Assembly (NCBI RefSeq): GCF_964204865.1
Contig: NC_135263.1
Span: forward strand, 8,804,001 to 8,868,000
Length of the DNA: 64,000 nt
Reading direction: 5' to 3'
From: Styela clava
Lineage: Eukaryota
Part shown: positions 1 through 11,822 of the stretch, in pieces
Numbering within the stretch: position 1 is the stretch's first letter
Layout: every line of letters begins with the position of its first letter
Position numbers and translations under genes: made by a program
The notes under the pieces: model-generated
What the model saw: only the letters and a program-made list of their open reading frames with translations
What the model was told of the DNA's origin: nothing
Database searches by the model: none

Positions 1-269
1 AAAAATGTCAAAAGAGAAAAGATTCGACCCCTAATTTATTAATATGTTCGTCAAGTGTCAAATTTACAGCTTTAGTATGAAATTCAGATTCATTTATGGC
101 TTGTGTTAATCCTATTAAAAAAGGTTCAGCATTTTAAATAAGTAAAGTACTTTTAACTTGCCCAGGAATATTAATCTGAAAGTAACAATTTTAACATTTA
201 TTTTGGGGCTCCGCGAATAATATTCAACTTTTCAAGGGCTCCGCAACACCAAAAGTTTGAGAACCCCTG
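1..269. mobile_element. Right end of a Charlie-type hAT MITE, truncated by the window start
   Basis: Ends in AGTTTGAGAACCCCTG (reverse complement CAGGGGTTCTCAAACT) after two GGGCTCCGC subterminal repeats. Related termini recur at 611, 3266, 21836, 27658 and 28448. Confidence 0.6.
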
Positions 270-2077
270 GCCTACATGATTTGGCATTTAAATGTTCTTT
301 ATGTGAGATGTGTGCCTTGTTTACGCATAATGGGTGCCCAGCACTGCATTTTATTACGCAATACATATGTTATTATTTATATTCCACCCATTTCGATTTT
401 TGACCGACACATTATATGATAGGTTTTCCTCATGTGAAATGTTTTTAAGTGTACCTTTTTTTTCTAAAATCATAGTGATTGCACGACTTTACGCAAATAT
501 ATGTAATTATTTTCTGTTCTAGGCCTACTCATTTAAATTTTTGCCGGTCCGCGACGAGTACATTTCATTTAATTTTACCGGTCCGCCAGGGTAGAAGGTT
601 GGGAACCACTGGTACAGCCTATTTGTTTTGTTATGATGTTCTTGGTCCATATTCTGCGATATAGAATTAAATATCCAATACTTCAGAAATGTAGAATTTA
701 TATTGTTGAATACCATTTCCCCACTTTTGTGAATTTATTGTATTGCATTGACAAAAATACCGTATTTGTCCGGCTCGTTTCAACACAGTTTGAGCGTAAA
801 TATGGTTTGAGCAATGACATTAAACAACATGATAGGCAACTCTGACGTCACTCCATAAGACTACAGGCAAAACATTGTATTTCATGATACGCTCCAATGC
901 ACATATTTCTCGTCGCCTTTCGCGTCCGTTTTCCGCTCGCTTTTGCTACTCGGCGTCTTTTTTACGTGTAGTACCTGCCTTTTTGCGCCTGTAACGAAAC
1001 AAAATAATCTCTATATCTAAGAAGTTTTGCTTACTTGGAAAGCTGGAATAACAGGCAAGCTGTAAAGAGCAATTCTGGACATCATAGACTTTTTTTTTTA
1101 TCAGAAAAGATTACAAACGCGATAGCGGAAAGATTTGTGTGGAACATTTTGCAGATAATGACAAAGTTCAAAGTTAGTAATTTTAATGTTTGCGCTTAAT
1201 CATTGAAATTTCATTTAAAGAGGGTGTCATACAAAACTGTGCTGCGATACAATTCCATAACACAAAGTTTGCACCTATCGAACTTGCTTTTGTAGGTGAA
1301 TTTATTAGACATATTACATATTCAGTTAATCGTAGGTAACATTGCTGGTACATAATGCATCGTAGATAGGTTTGTTTAAATTTAGGAATTTAGCTCATAG
1401 CCCACTAATTAATATTATCTTCTATGCAGGAGGTTGCAGGGCTGAAATCAACTTGCAGCCTTACCGATCACCTGACGATGCTCATTTAGTTTGGCTCGAG
1501 CAAGTCTTCTTGAAATGCTTGTGTGAATGGAAACTACCTATATTTTTTGCCTTCCTCCGATTTTAGACAAATTTATTCTGAGGGATTTCGCATATAATTC
1601 TCACTGATTGTTGGCTGTTTATAATTCCTATTGATTGTGAATTCTGATTATAACAATGAGTTGAAACCTTTTTCTTGTCAATACTCCAAGCTGAGGTAAT
1701 AAACATGACAATACATTTATGTCATCTGGAAGCAAAATATGCACGCAAATTAATAGTTTGGCACATTGAGATAATACATCATGACAGAAAATACAAGTTA
1801 AAGATATGTATGACCATCACATGGTAATTAAAATTAAAAAAAATTAATAGGGGCTGTGGAGTATGGAAAGTTCAAGACAAAGAAAAGAACAAATGTTCAT
1901 AGCTCATGAACTCTCAATTTTGCCTCCATTGCTGTGTGAAGGCCAATATATTTCGAGTGGCTGAATTGGTTTACCTCTATGATAGCAACGATTTTGTATT
2001 TAATATAGCGAGATTATTTCAATTTAATTGAAGTGATATAATTTCCCAAAGCAATGCTTGAATCGTCTGGAATAGAT

Positions 2078-3266
2078 CAGTGGTGTCAAACTCATGGGTT
2101 TTCGAGAGCCGCATTGCATTTTGAAAATTGTAAAAAGAGCCGCAAACAGTTTTTGATAATGTATACTTAAAAGATATTTTTAAGATAGTTTTAGTTTGTG
2201 ACATATATTGTGATGCAACTAAACAGTTGGATTAAGTTTTATTATTTTCTTCAATTTCAAATGCAATTACATATTAATATTTGCATTCGACTATTATTGC
2301 AACATTTGCAAGTTACAGTATTTATTATAAAAAATCGTAAAATTCTATGTACAACCATCAAAATCATTTTTGAACAAGCTTTGAATAAGGAAAGAATAAT
2401 ACATACACTAAAAATAACTTAATCTAAATATGTGAACCTAAAATTAACAAAAATACCACAGTATAAACTCGATGTTTTAATAATTACATTCGTCCTGGCG
2501 TTTGGCATCTTTTTTGTGTCACCAGCATACTAAGGCCAGTCTGAAATGATTTTATAGTACCAACTCTAACTAACGAGGCCACATGATCATGGGTTTATCT
2601 GGATCTTTACGAATGTTTAATTAATTCCAGTAATGCAAAAAAGTTACTTTTATCATTTCATGTATAGATCAGTAAAAAAACAAATGACAGATTTTTTCGA
2701 CAAGACATTTCGCACTACATTGCGTGGCATAGGATTGCTTGAATTATTATGGATATTGATTTTTAGTAACTAAGTCGTTGTATAATTATATTAATATACA
2801 AACACATGGAAATTTTCTGTTCGAAGTTGGTCTTCGAATTTGTCATATTGACTGCTGAGCTTATTGTGTTTTTTGATTGTATTGATGGAAATATGACAAA
2901 TTAAACAATGTGCTTCAGAATTTTGTGAAGAGCAGAAATGTTACAACTCCCATTTTCTTCGAAAATGCCACCTTCTTCGTGTACTTTGCGTTTAATTTAA
3001 TTACTCAAGTGTTTTATTCAAGTATTCTTTTGCTAGCTTGATGTGTATTCTTAATTGGGTCAAAATGTGGACAAAAAAAAATTAATATTCCAAAACTACT
3101 TTCAGTAAATTGTTTTCTGTGTGAATAATCAATTTCACTTTAGAAGGTTTGAAAAATCTATTACATTTAGATAAAAAAAAAAACTTCCAAAATACTATTA
3201 CAATTATTGTTAAGCGTTCGAGGGCCGCACTGGAAGTTCTCTGGGGCCGCGAGTTTGAGATCCCTG
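2078..3266. mobile_element. Non-autonomous Charlie-type hAT element
   Basis: TIRs CAGTGGTGTCAAACTC ... GAGTTTGAGATCCCTG, GAGCCGC/GGCCGC subterminal repeats, and degenerate 8-bp flanks GAATAGAT / GTCTAGAT. Confidence 0.65.
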
Positions 3267-4956
3267 GTCTAGATTGAAGTTGTTCAAAAAATATATTATA
3301 GTATTTTATCATGAATGATGATTATACCCCTTTCGGAATTTCTTCTATAGTACTACCAAAAGTTGATGAACCAAATATAACACAGGTGCAGTGAGGTACC
3401 CGTAATCCTTATTTCCAAAGCTGTTTTAAGTATGTCTGGCGTGTTTTGTGCCTTTTTACAAATAAGACCGCTTATGCAATCTTACGCTTTGGAATTTTTA
3501 GTTATTTTCCTCAAGCCCTGCAGGATGTGGGGGCCATACACAACTCTACCGGATGGTCAAATGTCTTTGCATGCCTCCATAGGTTGTTTTTCTATTGCAA
3601 TTTTCTATTTTCAATTGCATTATATTTCTTGGAATCACACTGTCACTGATATGTCGCCAGACTTCTGATATCTCCACGTCTGCTATAGTTGTCCTGTGAA
3701 TAAATAATAGGAAATTGAGATTAGACGAATAGTTGAAAGTTTTGCTTTATGTCGGCTTAATTTCTTGATTGATATACTTACTATTTCTGCTATTGCCTCT
3801 TGTGCTGCAAGAGTCTCACAATGCTTAGACAGGTTTGTCCACAACTTTCACATCTGAAGAAAGAGAGGAGATTTATTAATTTTCGTTAAGAATAAATAAA
3901 GCAGTCTATATGATTCAGAATGGAAAAGCTAATAAATCCAATATTTCATGTTTTATTTAAAAAATATTTTACTGAATTTTGGAAAATAAACCAACTAATA
4001 AAAGGGTTTAGTCAGAAAATTACAAGCATTCGTGGCTCCAAATACTTGAGAAATCAGACTATACAATATAGACCGGTATGAGTGAAATGTTAGGTGAACT
4101 TGTTAACACTTTGATTAAATACGCAAATAAAAGTGAATGCGTAATAGTATGTTACAATGAGCAGCAATCAACAATGAGTATATATCCTCACTGATTAAAA
4201 AAATCTAACTGGAGGTGCATGAACTATTTGAAACCATAAGGAGTAAGTAAATATGTAATTTCGGCAAATGGGCAACTACGTACCGTACTGAATTAATAAC
4301 TTCGTAGTATTTGACAAAGGCTAGCTTTCCCACATGTACTTAACAGTGCGATGCCCGGGTGTGATATACAACAATAGTATTCACCTTACCTTTTACCGAT
4401 TTCTTTTTACCCCAACTTTCAAAAATATCATTAAAATCGACAACAACTGTCAAAGCAGGCACGAACACCATTCGTGCTACGCCTTGAAAGCAGCACACAT
4501 CCGCTCGTTTTCGTCTCGTCAAGTATGTGCATTGGAGCGTGCTATCGAATACGATCTTCGGACAAAAATGCCGGAGTTGCGCATCATGTTGTTTAATGTC
4601 ATTGGTTTGAGTCATACCGTAGTAGTATATATTTACGGTCATACCGATAGTCCGATACCTGACCCTCGGACAAAAAAAATTTGGTGACCCCTGGGTTGAG
4701 GTATCGATAGTTGGAAGGTATCACAGACCTTCATTCATGACATTCGCAGGCCACATTGGTCATAAAGTGGTAGCGTGTTGTTTAGAATTCTTAGTCAATA
4801 CGCCAATATTGGTACGGTACCGTACAGACAGACGTAGATACGATACAGATCCACTCTTGCATACCAGTTTTGAATTACCTTGTCTTCCTATTTCAGTACC
4901 GGTATTTTATTTATTTCGTATAAATCTATCCTGCAATAAAACAATATAAGGGAAAT

Positions 4957-6075
4957 ATGGATATGCCTGGACGGATTTGCGGCTTCCTTCGCAGACATCG
5001 CCGTAAATTCATATTTGCTGGAGTACTCGTTGGAGGAGTTGTAGGAACTGTGAAATATGCACAATATAAAATTAAAGATTGGATGGTGCAAGAAGAAAAG
5101 AGATATTTGGAGGAACTAAGAAAACAACAGCATTTTGAAAAAACTCAAGAACATTGTTTTGCCATTGCCCAGGCTGTAGCGAACACGCTAAAAGATAATA
5201 TACTGCAACAAATTGATACTGAAGCAATTCTAGATTCATTGAAGACTGAAGTTTCTGCAGAGAGAAAACTTGAACTCTGGAATGAACTTAAAGTGGTTGT
5301 ATTTGCAAAAGTGTCAATTTCCATTTACATCTTGACTCTTTCAATTGTTATAATTCGCTTACAGCTTAATCATCTTGCTGCAAAAGTTTACGCCAGTACT
5401 CTTACAGACCAGTCACCACCTATCAATGATGTTATCCAACGATGGTTCTTATCAATTTCTCATGAATTTGTGTTGGGTAATGGACTTGAATGTATTATTA
5501 ATGAATTTACAAAAATTTCACAAGATTTGACAGAATCTATGCCTCTTCAATGTAGAGTTCGAGGTGCAGATATTGAATCAGTCTTAAAAAGCATTCATAA
5601 TCAAATTAGGCAACATGGTAGTTTTTCATTCCACGTCAAAAGCTCTGAAAATGATTCAAATAATATACTTGATCTTTTGTTACCTAATGAAGCAAATGTA
5701 AATTTTGGGGCCTCTGTTGATCTTGATTTACAAAGACAATTAATCAATGAAATGTGGGATATATTTGACTCTAATGACTGCATGCAAGTCTTTGAAAGTT
5801 GCATTTTCAAATCCTTCCAAGAATTTTGCAAAATAATTGATGGTTCTATCATTGATTCCTTGGGTACTCACAGCAAAGCGTTGGTGAGTGATATCACTCC
5901 AATCATTCGTACTAACTCAGACTTTCTTCCATTGGCCAAAGTATTGCCAATGCTAAATTCTCATGTACATGCAATTTCACATGAAAATTTTATTCGTAAA
6001 GTGTTGACGAATCCCATGCTCACGAAGTTTTCTGCCAATATATATCAGTCTTTTACAGATACTATCAGTTGTTGA
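4957..6075 (+). CDS. PEX3: Peroxisomal biogenesis factor 3 (peroxin-3), intronless CDS, 372 aa
   Basis: N-terminal basic patch plus TM anchor FLRRHRRKFIFAGVLVGG matches PEX3 FLKRHKKKCIFLG. Also QQHFEKTQEHC, KLELWNELK, IRLQLN, LPLAKVLP and a C-terminal FSANIYQSF. Confidence 0.95.
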   Translation: MDMPGRICGFLRRHRRKFIFAGVLVGGVVGTVKYAQYKIKDWMVQEEKRYLEELRKQQHFEKTQEHCFAIAQAVANTLKDNILQQIDTEAILDSLKTEVSAERKLELWNELKVVVFAKVSISIYILTLSIVIIRLQLNHLAAKVYASTLTDQSPPINDVIQRWFLSISHEFVLGNGLECIINEFTKISQDLTESMPLQCRVRGADIESVLKSIHNQIRQHGSFSFHVKSSENDSNNILDLLLPNEANVNFGASVDLDLQRQLINEMWDIFDSNDCMQVFESCIFKSFQEFCKIIDGSIIDSLGTHSKALVSDITPIIRTNSDFLPLAKVLPMLNSHVHAISHENFIRKVLTNPMLTKFSANIYQSFTDTISC

Positions 6076-6432
6076 ATATGTGACCAATATCATAACACTG
6101 ATGACTAACTACAACATATAAACAAAATTTTTTTTTTGTATTTTTTTCCATGACTCTCTTATTAAAGGTCAGGATGCTCATTATCTGTTTTTAAGTTTAA
6201 ACAGAGAATTTGAATATAAGAATATCATATGTTTTTTATAGGGTGTTCTGCTTTTTTATGCTATGTAATTACTTTCTCATTGATAGAATTATGAAAAATC
6301 ATTTAACTAGACAATTTAATACAAGAAAATTATTTTATGAATATAAATTATAGAATGTTTTGATTTTCAAAAAAAAATTTAATTTGTTTCTATTTCAACA
6401 GATGACAGTTTGTGCAATAAAAATAGCTAATC

Positions 6433-7650
6433 ATGACAATACTTGAAAAGACAAGTTCACTCCTGTCAGGAATCAGGGTCATAGATTTGTCCAGAGTCTT
6501 AGCTGGACCTTTCATGACTATGGTCCTCGGAGACATGGGAGCCGATGTCATCAAAATTGAAAAACCCATAGATGGCGATGATACAAGATCATGGGGGCCA
6601 CCGTTCTGTGGAAATGAGAGCGCTTACTTTCTTTCAGTCAATAGAAATAAGCGCTCTGTTGTTGTAGACTTGAAACGTAAAGAAGGTGTCAAAATAATCA
6701 CAGACCTTGTAAAAGATAGTGATGTATTTGTGGAGAATTATGTGCCTGGGAAAATGGACAAAATCGGTCTTGGGTATGATAAGTTGAAGAAAATTAATCC
6801 AGGTTTAGTGTATTGTTCAATCAGTGGTTTCGGTCCAGAAGGACCATACGCCCATCGTCCTGGTTATGATGTTATAGCTGCATCTTATGGTGGCCTGAAT
6901 TATATTACTGGACCAGAGGATGGTGAGCCTTGTAAATCTGGGGTGGCAATGACTGATCTGTGTACTGGTTTATATGGCCAAGGGGCTATTCTTGCTGCTT
7001 TAATGAAAAGAAGGGAGACTGGTTTGGGACAAAAAATTGATTGTGATTTATTGTCATCTCAAATTGCTACTTTAGTCAATATCTCATCAAGCTATCTGAA
7101 TGCTGGAATTGAAGCAAAAAGATGGGGAACGGCTCATGCATCTATTGTACCCTATCAATCTTTTAAAACAAAAGATGGTAAATATGTCACTGTTGGTGCA
7201 ACAACTAATAAACAGTTCAATGATCTATGTGATAAAATGAAGCTTGAGCATGTTTCGACTGATCCAAGGTTTGCTGATAATGCAAAAAGGGTTAGGAATC
7301 GAGAATCCTTGCTTCCTATTTTGAAGAAATCATTTTTAGATAAAGACTGTGAAGATTGGTTGTTTATATTTGAAGACAGTACTTTTCCCTATGGACCAGT
7401 CAACAATATGGAACAGGTGTTTTCAGATCCTCATGTGTTACACACAAACAGAGTGTTAGAATTTGACCACCCAACTGCAGGAAAAGGATGCAAAGTCACT
7501 GCTCCAGCAGTCAAGTTTAGCAACTATGAATATCCAAAAATTCTGCCTCCACCTACACTAGGACAGCACACAAAAGAAGTATTACGTGATCTCCTGGACA
7601 TGTCTGAATTTGAGATTGACAAATTAACAAGAAATGGTGTTGTGACCTAA
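6433..7650 (+). CDS. SUGCT: Succinyl-CoA:glutarate CoA-transferase (family III CaiB/BaiF CoA-transferase), intronless CDS, 405 aa
   Basis: Family motifs GIRVIDLSRVLAGPF, LGDMGADVIKIE, YFLSVNRNKRS, DVFVENY, PGYD, catalytic GVAMTDL, GTAHASIVPYQ and PPPTLGQHT. Confidence 0.92.
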   Translation: MTILEKTSSLLSGIRVIDLSRVLAGPFMTMVLGDMGADVIKIEKPIDGDDTRSWGPPFCGNESAYFLSVNRNKRSVVVDLKRKEGVKIITDLVKDSDVFVENYVPGKMDKIGLGYDKLKKINPGLVYCSISGFGPEGPYAHRPGYDVIAASYGGLNYITGPEDGEPCKSGVAMTDLCTGLYGQGAILAALMKRRETGLGQKIDCDLLSSQIATLVNISSSYLNAGIEAKRWGTAHASIVPYQSFKTKDGKYVTVGATTNKQFNDLCDKMKLEHVSTDPRFADNAKRVRNRESLLPILKKSFLDKDCEDWLFIFEDSTFPYGPVNNMEQVFSDPHVLHTNRVLEFDHPTAGKGCKVTAPAVKFSNYEYPKILPPPTLGQHTKEVLRDLLDMSEFEIDKLTRNGVVT

Positions 7651-8383
7651 AAAACCTTCCTAGAAAATCGCTATAGGTAAAAAATATCGTGCATTCACTC
7701 CAAAAAAGCTACTTTAAATTATTTTATGATGAAAAAAATTTTGACTTCCAACTTCAGCTCCAAACTCCAAGAAAATCAAATTTTGATCCCATTTGTCTAT
7801 GGAGATATCAGTAAATTCTAATGCTTTAAACTTATTATCGCTGTTAAAAATGGAATTTACGACTCGGGCTCCAGGAGTTTTAAACTACCACTTCATAGCC
7901 CTGCTTTTGTCTTCCTATGCCATTGTTATCCGGGCCAAATATACTCGTTAACTTTTTTTCTTCAAATATTGCAATTTTATAATTTTTTCTAATAATTCAC
8001 TGTGCGATGATATGAAAAAATGCTTGTTTTTCAAAGGAAACTTGTCATTGTGACTTTCAGCTTCATAATCACGCTTTTCCTTTTTAGAAGGACTAGCAAG
8101 CGCATGTGCAAATTTTAGTAATTTATTTAATGCTTAATATGCAATTGATTTGTTTTAATTGATGCAATTAATTTCTCTTGCTACCTCCAATGAAAAAAAA
8201 ATTGAGCATTGGAACTAATATATATTTTTAAATTATATTTGTCGATCATTTTTGGTTCGGCGAGGTCGATCCAGGATAAAATAAATTCGGTGCCAACTGC
8301 CAACGTACCTACTTGACCTACTACGTCATACTTTCACGCTTCAAGGACGGGTTGAACGTCAATAATTCGACCAAATATGCGTC

Positions 8384-9311
8384 CAGGGTTGCCATATTGG
8401 CTTTTTTAACGCCAAATTTGCCATTTTTGGCTTTTTTCAAACGCGTTTGGCGTCAGAATTTCCGTTTGGCTTTTTGGCGTTTTTTTTGGCTTTTTTCAAG
8501 TCTATTCTAGTGTCTATGAAATAAAATATTTAGTGTGTAACAACTGAACAATAGTCTATTACCTGTACTTAGCTACTTAACATTAGGATTTCCTGGAGCA
8601 TCGATTCCCTTGTTTGTTACATTGACTCTTAACCATACCCAATAAGAAATAATTGCAGTTTCTGCAGCTGCTCAAACAGATGTTCAAGCAGGATTGTAAA
8701 CATTGCCTCGTTTTTACAGTTTTGCGTGTTATTTGTCAGTTTTACGTTCTGTTTCCAAAAAATAGTTGTATAACTTAATTTTCATTATGCCTGATATGGT
8801 TTATGTGAGCTTCAGTTTAATTCTGCAATTGCAGTAACGATGTGATTAACTACGCTAAAATTACTGAATAAGATATCAGTGAGCGGCAGGGGGTTAGATA
8901 ATTTTTTAATAAAATTGATGGTTTATAACTTTTGAAAGTGAAAAAATTTTCAATAGTAGAGTACGATATAGAGAGAATTTTTTAAGGTATATCACAAGTT
9001 TAAGTAGAAACATGTAGGTATATTACATACTGACAGACTGAAGCGGCACTCTGTATTGTATATATTGAATGGTAAAATAGTGCTGTTCGCTTGATATTTG
9101 TTTTACTTTCTGCAGTTGTATAGGAACTTTACTTTCCATTCGTGTGCCTCACTGAATGAACTAATGGCTCTATATCATCATCAGTACATTGCCAAGGGCT
9201 TAAAATCTGACAAATCATGGGGCTTTTGTACTTAGTAAAATTGTTGGCTTTTTCTGGCTTTTTTTATGTCTTGATTTGGCTTTTTTTGATCGCTGGGGTC
9301 TGGCAACCCTG
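8384..9311. mobile_element. Non-autonomous hAT (Tip100-like) element, 928 bp
   Basis: TIR CAGGGTTGCCA ... TGGCAACCCTG, perfect 8-bp TSD TATGCGTC (8376-8383 and 9312-9319), and repeated TTGGC(T)n subterminal motifs. Confidence 0.9.
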
Positions 9312-10501
9312 TATGCGTCTTTACATTTGCCAAGTGTTTAAATAGCTGTTATACTGATATATATAATCAGGCCACGATATAGAGTTCTGCAATAAGTGAG
9401 TAATATTTAAGCCAACAAAAATTTACAGTTTAAACATGGTCTCATAGCACGAAAGCTGAGATGAAAATACAAGTGCAATGGAAAAAGTATTCTGGGGAAC
9501 AGTTATATATATATATAAGAAAATGTTACGGTACCGGTAATTATTTTCAGGGTACCACGTACAAATACATTTGCAAAATTTGTAACCTGTTAACAAGATA
9601 TAGTCGGGTACAAATACATATTCAAAATTTAAAACTCCGTATTACTACAGACGATTCTTCATAATAACATTATTCCACATGGGCAATATGAAAACCAATG
9701 CAGTACATGGGCCTCCTCGTAAGAGGGCTGTTTGAACACAAAGGGAGTATTATGAGCTGCTGCGTCACAATTTTTGCCACTCGCCGAATCGCGCAATACT
9801 TTCAAGTGCTACAAAAATACATTCATGTAAAATTATCCAGAACTATGGTGGAATCAACGCTATGAGTAAAGTCTAGTCTGGTGTCACACCAATTTCCACT
9901 CTGGTCGACGTCTGCTTTTTCATCTTCACAGATATAATATTTGAAACCAGAATAATGTTGACGGAGTGACGACGTAAATACAAAAGTTTTCTTACATATT
10001 TTAAAACACACTTTTCTACAGCACTCGATACGGAAACAGTGACACTCTGATGCAAAGGCCTAACTCTAATAGACATATGTTGGGGCAAACTGCAGGGATT
10101 GTGAATACTTGCAGTTTATATTTGGTTTGGGAACTCTTCCACGCCAAAAAATGTGTGAAGATCAACATAATATGTGCTAATGTCCCATAGTGAATCATGG
10201 ATGATAAATAAATAACTCGTTGCATTCTGGTGCACTCATATAGCTTCAAAAAGTCAGGAAAATTTCATGAATGCGTACTACATGTTCAAAATTTCAAATA
10301 TGGGTTCGTCAGGTATATGACGACATCAATTCACATATTGAATCAGCCAATGTCATTACAAATTCAGGTAGGTTCGTACGATGCATGATATATTTTGAGT
10401 TTATAAACTTATAAAATCTTTAGCTTGAATGATGAATTAAAATGTACGTGCAAGCGTCTTTTCCAATAACTTGTTGATAGGTGGTTCAGTAAGAAAAAAT
10501 A

Positions 10502-11822
10502 TCACATGACTGTACAGGAGTCTTTTTTCCCCTTCTTGAAAGGATTTGGTGATTGCTGGGAAACCAGAAAATCTTCGTGAAAGTGTTTCTGAAAATAAAT
10601 ATTTTTCACAAATTATCATATATATATGAATTATTTTTGCCTTTTTTACGAGGCTGTTTGTTTGAACTGTGAGCAAGAAAGGGACACGCGCCAAGTGTGG
10701 TTTGCGAAATTACGCTTAAATAAACACATTTCATGGCACTTACACTTCGGTAATGACACTTCACACTAATAATTTCGATGAAACTACTAATCTGATGTGT
10801 CTCCCCTTTCTGCCGTATTATGAACATACCCGCATTTGAACCAGGCACGCACTAACGTGCAATACGATTACTTATTTTGTAATAAGGAACAATTTTAAAA
10901 AGACTGTTGCTATTGTTGTTTAAATTTCCCGAAGACATTTAAACATTGCAGATGGTTTCAGATATATACTAGAAAATATTTATGGTGGACAATTAACAGA
11001 ATTAATCCATTACACTGGAATAGGTTCAATATGTGGACAATAACAATGAGAATTACACTTAGTCGGCAGAACTAAAAAATTATAATTAGGAAAGGCATTG
11101 GAAATATCGATTTAAGTGTCCAAAAATGTACACGAGTGAACGTCCCTTGAGAAAATAGTCAATCTATTTAGTTTTTGCGGCGGGATCGCGAAGGTATTCG
11201 ATGATTGCAATGTGAATTGGAAAATCGTAAAGAAAGTTCATTTTTTTAGAATGAGACTGGGATCTTACGTCTGGATTCAGTGGTATGAAACATCCTGGAA
11301 CTGAAACTGAAAAATGACTGTATCTGACTGGCATAATTCAACTATGATATTGAATCAAACATTTATATCGAATCATGTTATTGTTTTTTGACGACCATGA
11401 TATTGTTCCATTGTCAGGGGTAATAACATAATAAACAAGAAGAATTTTTAAGACGAATTATTTGTACAACTCTCCCTTTTACAACAAAACGAATGACACC
11501 GTAACATGAGCGTTATTGTTACTGCTAAATTGAGGAAATTTTCAGATGTTAAATGAAAAATAATGTCTATTAAAAAATTATACGAATTGGATAAAATATT
11601 TTTCTTAGATTGTCAATAACACGGTTCGATTCCGACGATTTTAAATATATATGAATTCTTTTGGGACAAATGACGTACACGTCTGACTCATTGTTTATTT
11701 GTAAAATAGCACTAATACATTGAACGTACTTGACAATATTCCATTAAGTCACTTGACACAGTGGAAACAGGTTCACGCTTGATGTCTTTCTCGATGTTGA
11801 GTTGACGCACAATGTCTTTCAT
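10502..11822 (-). CDS. Heterotrimeric G-protein gamma subunit (GGL domain); coding exons 11822-11730 and 10588-10502; an extra upstream coding exon is possible
   Basis: Manual splice (tttgcag|G ATG ... CAA|gtacgt ... ttttcag|AAA) gives MKDIVRQLNIEKDIKREPVSTVSSDLMEYCQ-KHFHEDFLVSQQSPNPFKKGKKDSCTVM*. It shows the G-gamma hallmarks V.QL..E..I.R..VS....DL..YC, D.L, NPF and a terminal CaaX. Confidence 0.9.

Noticed and set aside
3773-3790. ATACTTACCT, the U1 snRNA 5' end
   Set aside because: No U1 body follows; it is the complement of a minus-strand splice donor.
3781-3853. C2H2-like CESCGQTC...HKRQ frame, or a UGA-readthrough selenoprotein frame
   Set aside because: The zinc-finger frame stops before a second His, the other frame ends soon after, and no SECIS is evident.
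11623-11633. B-box-like GGTTCGATTCC (similar at about 17500)
   Set aside because: No cloverleaf or properly spaced A-box, so not called a tRNA.
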